Below are positions 1-5,690 of a stretch of 5,820 nt of DNA, piece after piece; the stretch's first letter is position 1, and each line of letters opens with the position of its first letter. Both the position numbers and the translations under genes were made by a program. The stretch lies in assembly GCA_027031765.1 (NCBI GenBank), contig JALVPN010000124.1, forward strand, positions 6,810 to 12,629, read 5' to 3'. Under the pieces are notes generated by a model, which did no database searches, had not been told where the DNA came from, and saw nothing but the letters and a program-made list of their open reading frames with translations. This DNA is from Promethearchaeota archaeon (GTDB lineage Archaea; Asgardarchaeota; Thorarchaeia; Thorarchaeales; Thorarchaeaceae).

Positions 1-275
1 CGGAACAACTTGAACGCGTTCACACCATACCTGTGGCTCGTGTCGCTGTCGAGCTCCTCTGGCAGGTTGACTATCCTTATGACCCCGTAGGGACACTTCT
101 TCACGCAGATCCCCTCTCCTGAGCACAGTGCCTCCACTATGACCGGGGGCTTTGTCGGCCCCTCTGGGAAGACTACGGTCTCATCGCCGGTCCTCACCCT
201 TGGACAGAACCTCTGACACTCGTGGGCACAGTCCTTTGGTCGGCACCTGTCACGGTCAACAATGGCAATCCGCAT
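1..275 (-). CDS. ABCE1: Ribosome recycling/biogenesis ATPase ABCE1 (RNase L inhibitor homolog), N-terminal Fe-S domain; runs off the left edge
   Basis: Manual minus-strand translation from ATG at 275: MRIAIVDRDRCRPKDCAHECQRFCPRVRTGDETVVFPEGPTKPPVIVEALCSGEGICVKKCPYGVIRIVNLPEELDSDTSHRYGVNAFKLF. It has the ABCE1 signatures RIAIV..D.C.P..C...C..FCP, ICVKKCP, I.IVNLP..L and HRYG.N.FKL, plus an upstream SD motif. Confidence 0.97.
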   Translation of the reverse strand, partial: MRIAIVDRDRCRPKDCAHECQRFCPRVRTGDETVVFPEGPTKPPVIVEALCSGEGICVKKCPYGVIRIVNLPEELDSDTSHRYGVNAFKLF

Positions 276-280
276 CTATA

Positions 281-290
281 TCACCTCACC
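281..290 (-). promoter_or_regulatory. Shine-Dalgarno motif for ABCE1
   Basis: Minus strand reads GGTGAGGTGA, then 5 nt (TATAG), then the ATG at 275. Matches the archaeal GGAGGTGA consensus. Confidence 0.8.
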
Positions 291-321
291 TGCCAGGGAT
301 GGCCACCCTCTCCAGTGACTG

Positions 322-328
322 CTTATAG
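322..328 (-). promoter_or_regulatory. Possible TATA box for ABCE1
   Basis: Minus strand CTATAAG, 47 nt upstream of the start codon, consistent with a short leader containing the SD. Motif match only. Confidence 0.35.
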
Positions 329-462
329 CGGTTCCTCTACCCCCCGTCGTGGTCGTGAGTAGGTGCCTTGGGACATGCCACATGTTGTACTGTGTCATCC
401 CTACAGACAGGGATACTTGAATAGTCTGGCTGCCACAATGAGATGTGGTGGCATGACATAGG

Positions 463-627
463 ATGACTCGACACATTACTGCTTTCGATGCCAAGTCATT
501 TCGTCGAGGGATACCTCCTGCTGGTATGGCCGGCCAGCAGTCGAAGAGGATCTGTGATACTCTCAGCGACGGGTTTGATGTGGAAGTGTTCCGTGCCAAG
601 GACTTGAAAAAGAAAGTAGGGACATGA
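463..627 (+). CDS. Possible small hypothetical ORF (54 aa) or gene remnant
   Basis: ATG463 to TGA625-627: MTRHITAFDAKSFRRGIPPAGMAGQQSKRICDTLSDGFDVEVFRAKDLKKKVGT. Divergent from ABCE1 with protein-like composition, but no family recognised and only a weak SD. Confidence 0.2.
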   Translation: MTRHITAFDAKSFRRGIPPAGMAGQQSKRICDTLSDGFDVEVFRAKDLKKKVGT

Positions 628-971
628 CTGCAATCCAGTCATGGACTTATATACGTACACTGGAGCACCATTCCTTTGGGAGAACAGTGCTCATTGTTCT
701 TCTCATAACACTCCGTAATAAAGACTTTGGATATACTGTTTCTGAAGGCCCTGTCCAGACATTGCCCCAGATGTCCTGTGGCTCCGTCCGTGCAGACAGC
801 GTCCCCAGCCAGTGACTGGGCGGGGTATGTCCTGACTGACCAAGTCCTAGACACTACGTATGCATCAGCCCTCGCGCCTTAGTACTCGACATGCTGGCCA
901 TGGCCGCCGTCCTCGTTGGTCTCAGTCATGCGTCACCATTGGCTGGACTGGAGCTGGCCCCATAGCCCCAT

Positions 972-1265
972 TTGGAAAAGCTTTTGTTACCTGCTGATGA
1001 CGGGGTGCTGGGTCTGTTGGCAATGGACTTGCTGAAACGTTTCCTGGGCATCTGGGGTTGGCGGAGGGACTACACAGTTGATGTAATGAGGTCGCAGAGT
1101 CCACTGAGTGACCTGCTCCGCCTTGTACGGGCCGCCACGTTCCTGAAGATCACCGGTCGCGACCTTGGTGTCTCGACTGTCACAGACCCCGACACACCGG
1201 GCACATCACATACCGCAGGCCGATTCTCACCACTTGCCCGTCTTGCGCGACGGCGGTGCGAATGA
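972..1265 (+). CDS. Uncertain hypothetical ORF (97 aa from TTG972, or from ATG1023); may be a pseudogene fragment
   Basis: Open frame with plausible codon usage but no recognisable motif. The same frame is open upstream (840-962) beyond a single TAG at 963. Confidence 0.25.
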   Translation: MEKLLLPADDGVLGLLAMDLLKRFLGIWGWRRDYTVDVMRSQSPLSDLLRLVRAATFLKITGRDLGVSTVTDPDTPGTSHTAGRFSPLARLARRRCE

Positions 1266-1296
1266 GTGATAAGTACAGACTGCTCTTAGGGTCTGT

Positions 1297-1370
1297 TGGC
1301 GGGATGATGATGCCCCTTTGGCGAGTGTTTCGTCAGCACGATGACCCTCTAAACCGCAATCTGACCGCCA
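1297..1370 (+). ncRNA. Box C/D 2'-O-methylation guide sRNA (archaeal snoRNA-like)
   Basis: Perfect C box ATGATGA at 1304-1310 and perfect D box CTGA at 1361-1364. Perfect 6-bp terminal stem TGGCGG(1297-1302)/CCGCCA(1365-1370) in kink-turn register (3-nt bulge GAT before the GA pair). Internal degenerate D' (GCGA 1321-1324) and C' (ACGATGA 1338-1344) flank a small hairpin GTGTT/AGCAC. Intergenic location, 74 nt. Confidence 0.82.
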
Positions 1371-1404
1371 CCCCGGACTGTGCACTCATTCCACCTGTGT
1401 GCGA

Positions 1405-1707
1405 CTAGCCGGTACGCTTGATGATGTGGTAGCCGAACTGGGTCTTGACAGGGTCTCTTGTGACCTGGCCGACCTCGAGGGCTAGCACGGCCCGCTCGAA
1501 CTCGGGCACCATCTGTCCACGTGTGAACCAGCCCAGGTCACCACCCTTCTTCTTTGAAGGGCACGAGCTGTACTCACGCGCAAGCCTCGCGAAGTCCTCG
1601 CCCTCCTCTGTAATCCTACGGATGAGCTCCACGGCCTGACTGTGCTTCTCTACAAGGATGTGGCTCGCACGCATCTTGCCACCTGATGCCTTCTTCTTCT
1701 TTCCCAT
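1405..1707 (-). CDS. ppiC: Single-domain parvulin-type peptidyl-prolyl cis-trans isomerase (rotamase; PpiC/PinA/Par14-like)
   Basis: Motifs [32 protein letters not shown]...L and [18 protein letters not shown] at 1716-1712, 4 nt before the ATG. Confidence 0.96.
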   Translation of the reverse strand: MGKKKKASGGKMRASHILVEKHSQAVELIRRITEEGEDFARLAREYSSCPSKKKGGDLGWFTRGQMVPEFERAVLALEVGQVTRDPVKTQFGYHIIKRTG

Positions 1708-1756
1708 GTTCTCACCATCTTGTCATGGTCAGGTGCACCCACTGCCCCCCCGGAGT

Positions 1757-1762
1757 CTTAAA
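1757..1762 (-). promoter_or_regulatory. Possible TATA box for the parvulin gene
   Basis: Minus strand TTTAAG preceded by purine-rich GGGCAGAG, about 50 nt upstream of the ATG at 1707. Confidence 0.35.
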
Positions 1763-1765
1763 CTC

Positions 1766-1795
1766 TGCCCCCACATACCTCTCTTGCCCCCACAT
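1766..1795. repeat. Direct repeat TGCCCCCACAT x2 (19-nt period) in the divergent promoter region
   Basis: Exact 11-mers at 1766-1776 and 1785-1795, plus a partial TGCCCCC at 1743-1749. Confidence 0.7.
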
Positions 1796-1894
1796 CCCCT
1801 GTGCGAGTAGTGTCCAGTGAGTAATATCCCTGTGGGCACCACAATCAGACACTGTTTCTTTACTCGGGGTCACGGTGTGCCCAGTGGTGACGTC

Positions 1895-2149
1895 ATGAGA
1901 GTCGTGACAATCTGCATGCCCGAGTCGTACATTGAGGGCGTGGACAGACTGATTGAACGTGGGATGTACCCCAACCGTTCTGAGGTGATCCGGATTGCAA
2001 TCCGCGACCTGCTCTTGGAGGAGCTCTGGGGTACTGATAGGCGTGTGCGGTCGCTCCCGGTGGCGTCTGCTGACAGTGGTGCCCCCATAGGGGTGCATCA
2101 CCGGCTGGGGCAGCGTCCACTGCCGTCCTGTACCGGGCAACGCGACTAG
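1895..2149 (+). CDS. Ribbon-helix-helix (CopG/Arc/MetJ, CdrS-like) transcriptional regulator, 84 aa
   Basis: MRVVTICMPESYIEGVDRLIERGMYPNRSEVIRIAIRDLLLEELW shows an N-terminal beta-ribbon and the G.YPNRSE.IR.AIR.LL helix motif of archaeal RHH proteins. SD GGTGA at 1886-1890 supports ATG1895 over the track's GTG1817. Confidence 0.88.
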   Translation: MRVVTICMPESYIEGVDRLIERGMYPNRSEVIRIAIRDLLLEELWGTDRRVRSLPVASADSGAPIGVHHRLGQRPLPSCTGQRD

Positions 2150-2162
2150 ACACAAGCTACGC

Positions 2163-2168
2163 TTTTTT
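2163..2168 (+). terminator. Oligo-T tract, candidate archaeal terminator for the RHH gene
   Basis: TTTTTT 14 nt after the RHH stop codon, in otherwise GC-rich DNA. Confidence 0.45.
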
Positions 2169-2266
2169 AGGTCTGCGTACAGATGTAGTGCCGGAAGTCA
2201 GGTCGTCCAGCGTGTTGCACTGGTCGGCCCGGGGACCGTATTGAAGCCAAAGGAGTCCACCGTAAC

Positions 2267-2971
2267 ATGGGGATCATGAGATTCTTCGGTCGAAAGAAGA
2301 AAGAAGAAAAACCTGACGAGGAAGCCGAAACGGCGGCGGCTGGAGCAGATGCCGCTGCTGAGGGGGCCGGGCCCGCAGAGTCTGAGGCTGTAGCCCCAGG
2401 AGTGGCTGAGGAGGCCGCTGAGACCGGCGCTGTAGAGGTTACTGCAGCCGAAGTGGAAATTGAACCCGCCCCAGCCGCTACCGAGGAGGCTGCTGCCCCA
2501 GCCGAAGAAACGCTTGAATACGACCTCTCTGAGGTCGAGGAGGCCGAGGCCAGACGGGCACCATTAGGGGACACGATTCCCTACCACTCCACACTGCAGG
2601 ACCGGTTGATATACCTGTTCGGTGACGCGGAGGTCGCGCGGGGAATCGAGGCGCCCGACTCGTTCTGTATTGAGTTCATGGCCATGGGCGAGCGGTTCCG
2701 TCTAGAAAAACCGTCAATGGGCGATGTGCAGGTCAAGACCGGGGCTGCCCGTGACAGCGACGTCTTCATACGTATTGCGAACGAGGTCGTATCCGAACTC
2801 CTATCGGCATCGGACTTCTCGGAGTTCTCGGATATATTCATGCGCTACTACCGGAGTCCTGAGCCAGACCGTTACGTCAAGGTCGAACTGCGGAAGGATA
2901 TCACGGACATGAACCGTCGGGGCTACGCGCGCGTCCCAATCCTGAAGCTCCTTGCGGGCTCTCTCAGGTGA
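2267..2971 (+). CDS. Hypothetical protein with basic N-terminus, Ala/Glu-rich disordered region and possible SCP2-like lipid-binding C-terminal domain
   Basis: 234-aa ORF with strongly coding-like codon usage and AGGAG at 2251-2255. The segment FCIEF..GERFRLEK..GDVQVKTG...DSDVFIRIANEVVSELLS resembles the SCP2 strand-strand-strand-helix pattern. Confidence is for the CDS; the domain call is weaker (about 0.45). Confidence 0.85.
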   Translation: MGIMRFFGRKKKEEKPDEEAETAAAGADAAAEGAGPAESEAVAPGVAEEAAETGAVEVTAAEVEIEPAPAATEEAAAPAEETLEYDLSEVEEAEARRAPLGDTIPYHSTLQDRLIYLFGDAEVARGIEAPDSFCIEFMAMGERFRLEKPSMGDVQVKTGAARDSDVFIRIANEVVSELLSASDFSEFSDIFMRYYRSPEPDRYVKVELRKDITDMNRRGYARVPILKLLAGSLR

Positions 2972-3064
2972 GCACGACCCTACCATGACCCTGTGTCAGC
3001 AGGGCGTGAAGGGGCGGCTGAGCACAGTCCCTGTTGCCAGGGTTCCCGCAGACGTGTCGTAGCC

Positions 3065-3071
3065 TTTTTAA
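3065..3071 (+). promoter_or_regulatory. Possible TATA box for tpiA and DUF89
   Basis: TTTTTAA about 65 nt upstream of the tpiA ATG; the only strongly AT-rich patch in this intergenic region on the + strand. Confidence 0.4.
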
Positions 3072-3135
3072 CAGGCGTTTGCAGCCGCCCCGTCCGCCAG
3101 GACTTGACCAGTCCATTTTCCTGGAGTTGTGCTAG

Positions 3136-3822
<687 letters not shown>

Positions 3823-3861
3823 GAGCCCTCCCGCGGCCGAGTGACCTGAGGTGCTAGCACC

Positions 3862-4764
3862 ATGAAGGTCTCCCTTGAGTGCGCCCACTGTCTGCTAGCG
3901 CGTGCTGTGAACCAGATACGTCTTGCAACTGATGACCCTGACCTCCAGATGCGCGTGGTCACAGCAATGCTGCAGTTCCTCGCAGACAACTTCAGTCCGG
4001 GAGCTGTCCCCAGTCACATCGGCACTGGCAGGGATTTGCTGGTGCAGGAGATGACGGGTAAGGACCCGTATGCGGAGCTGAAGAGGGAGTCAAATGCCAT
4101 GGCGCTGGAAATCCTACCAGAACTCATGGCACTGGTCGCAGATGCTGATGACGAGCGCATGAGGTTCAGGCGTGCAGCCCTCACTGCAGCAGCGGCCAAT
4201 GCAATCGAGTTTGATGTGTCCGGCCGGCACTTCAGCCTGGACGAACTCAGGCACATCCTTGACAATGTTGAACATGACCTCGCAGTCGACCAGGTGGACG
4301 AGCTGATGGCCCTATGTCGTGATGTCCCCAGTGTCCTGTACCTGCTGGACAACGCCGGGGAGATTGTCCTCGACATAGTGCTGATCTCTGAGATAAGACG
4401 CCTCGGTCCTCGTGTGACTGCGGTGGTCAAGGGTGGCCCCGTGCTCAATGATGCGACCATGGAAGATGCCCGTGAGGTCGGCCTCCACGACTATGTGGAC
4501 GAGGTCATAGACACTGGTGCCCAGTCCATTGGTGTGGACCTTGGACGCTCCTCCGAGGCCTTCAGGAGGCGTCTGGCCTCGGCCCCGCTTGTTGTGGCGA
4601 AGGGAATGGGCAACTACGAGTCTCTCACAGAGGTCGAGCTGGGCTGCCCGGTCGTCCACATCCTGCGTACCAAGTGCATCCCGGTCGCAGAACACATTGG
4701 TGTCCCACGTAACTGCAATGTGATACTGGTGCGGTACCCGGCAAGAAATCCTAGCCCGGACTGA
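3862..4764 (+). CDS. DUF89/ARMT1-like damage-control metal-dependent phosphatase (PH1575-like subfamily)
   Basis: N-terminal CAHC, DPY..LK..SN, LYLLDNAGEIVLD, VKGGPVLNDAT..DA, AKGMGNYESL and TKC. SD GAGGTG at 3848-3853. Confidence 0.94.
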   Translation: MKVSLECAHCLLARAVNQIRLATDDPDLQMRVVTAMLQFLADNFSPGAVPSHIGTGRDLLVQEMTGKDPYAELKRESNAMALEILPELMALVADADDERMRFRRAALTAAAANAIEFDVSGRHFSLDELRHILDNVEHDLAVDQVDELMALCRDVPSVLYLLDNAGEIVLDIVLISEIRRLGPRVTAVVKGGPVLNDATMEDAREVGLHDYVDEVIDTGAQSIGVDLGRSSEAFRRRLASAPLVVAKGMGNYESLTEVELGCPVVHILRTKCIPVAEHIGVPRNCNVILVRYPARNPSPD

Positions 4765-5581
4765 GGGCCCGCGTTGGGGGCCTCGACTCGGCGAACTCCA
4801 CGGCCAGCTCTGGGAACTCAAGTCCCATTCTCAGCTCCAGCCGCTTCATCCCGGGCTCTTCAGTCACAAAACGGCCGAGTTCAAGGGTGTTCACTTTCAG
4901 TTCGTGAGCTGCCAGTCGGGCCGTGGGTGTCAGTTCACCCGTGATGAGGGCCCTGATATCATCGGAATGCATCCTGACAATGTCGTCCTGTGTCAGGTGG
5001 CTGCCTGGCAGGACAAGCACCTGCTCGACCTGCTCGTCAAGCGTCCCTGTGAACTGTACCGATTCAAGGCCGAGGCCTCTCATTGTCCTGTCTGCAAGCA
5101 TTGCATGGCTGACTGGGCGCGCCAGGTCACAGAGCCGCCCTGCGGGCACTGGGCCCTGTGACCCCCCATGCGTAAAGTAGTCCTTATGGTGTCGCACATC
5201 TATGCCGATGGCCTTGACAAGTGCATCTGCAATACCATCGCGGGCACCAATGTATGCAGTCCCGATGACATACACTGTGATGTAGTTCTTTACGAGGAGC
5301 CTGGTCCTGATTAGGCTGCTGCCACCAAGGCGGGCACCACCCACCCCAAGTACAGGCCAGTGTGTGACGATGAGGTTGCTGTGCTTCTGTGTCGCCTGCG
5401 TGATTGCACGCCCGGACGGATATGTGACGACCAGGACACGGTTGACCCGGGTCTTGTGCTGCTCGAGCTCGCTCTGAGGTCCTATCTCAACGTAGCTGTC
5501 GCGGCCATGGACTGTCAGTTCCGGCGGGGCAACTGTTTCAAGGAACTTGACTATCTCTCTCAGGGTCGTCACAAGTGTCAC
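4751..5581 (-). CDS. NIF3/YbgI-family (GTP cyclohydrolase I type 2 homolog) protein with a degenerate metal site
   Basis: NIF3 layout: L.EIV..LE..AP, V.RVLV, NLIVTHWP, I.VY....G..DAL, GR...L, V.QV.V.PGS, LITGE and LG...TEEPG. GTG start with GGAG upstream. The 3' end overlaps the DUF89 3' end by 14 nt (4751-4764). Confidence 0.88.
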   Translation of the reverse strand: MTLVTTLREIVKFLETVAPPELTVHGRDSYVEIGPQSELEQHKTRVNRVLVVTYPSGRAITQATQKHSNLIVTHWPVLGVGGARLGGSSLIRTRLLVKNYITVYVIGTAYIGARDGIADALVKAIGIDVRHHKDYFTHGGSQGPVPAGRLCDLARPVSHAMLADRTMRGLGLESVQFTGTLDEQVEQVLVLPGSHLTQDDIVRMHSDDIRALITGELTPTARLAAHELKVNTLELGRFVTEEPGMKRLELRMGLEFPELAVEFAESRPPTRALSPG

Positions 5582-5690
5582 CCACTAGCTCCAGCTGGGG
5601 GGCCGGGATACACTGCACTATGCCAACAACAGCACGGAGAACCAGTGTGTCCATGCAGTCTTATTCTTTGTTGTCCATGCGTCCGCTAGC

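Noticed and set aside
276-599. 107-aa minus-strand ORF ending immediately before the ABCE1 start
   Set aside because: TTG start, no recognisable motif, atypical composition, and it runs over the ABCE1 SD and likely promoter. Probably spurious.
963-965. Genome-wide TAG recoding (pyrrolysine) as an explanation for the in-frame TAG
   Set aside because: Parvulin, RHH, TPI and NIF3 all end in TAG at expected lengths, so TAG functions as a normal stop in this window.
994-1146. Second possible C/D sRNA (CTGATGA at 994-1000 with CTGA at 1032, 1104 or 1143)
   Set aside because: Non-consensus first base, no terminal stem with any of the D candidates, and no convincing C'/D' pair at proper spacing.
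276-1290. tRNA, SRP RNA or RNase P RNA in the long gap
   Set aside because: I found no T-loop GTTCRA cloverleaf, no SRP helix-8 (CAGG..GNRA..AGCAG) or Alu UGUAAC motif, and no RNase P P4 motifs on either strand.
1010-1300. 12-bp direct repeat GGGTCTGTTGGC at 1010-1021 and 1289-1300
   Set aside because: About one 12-mer match is expected by chance in 5.8 kb. No transposase or terminal inverted repeats support a target-site duplication.
1348-1355. Guide segment TCTAAACC is complementary to GGUUUAGA, which I recall from the conserved 23S peptidyl-transferase region (GCUGGGUUUAGACC)
   Set aside because: The match is only 8 nt and does not include the D+5 position (G1356 would face a G). Not accepted without the organism's own rRNA sequence.
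1817-1894. 26-aa N-terminal extension of the RHH protein from GTG1817
   Set aside because: RHH proteins start at the beta-ribbon, and a GGTGA SD sits 4 nt before ATG1895.
4751-4764. 14-nt tail-to-tail overlap of DUF89 and NIF3
   Set aside because: Short convergent overlaps are common in compact archaeal genomes and do not by themselves imply antisense regulation.
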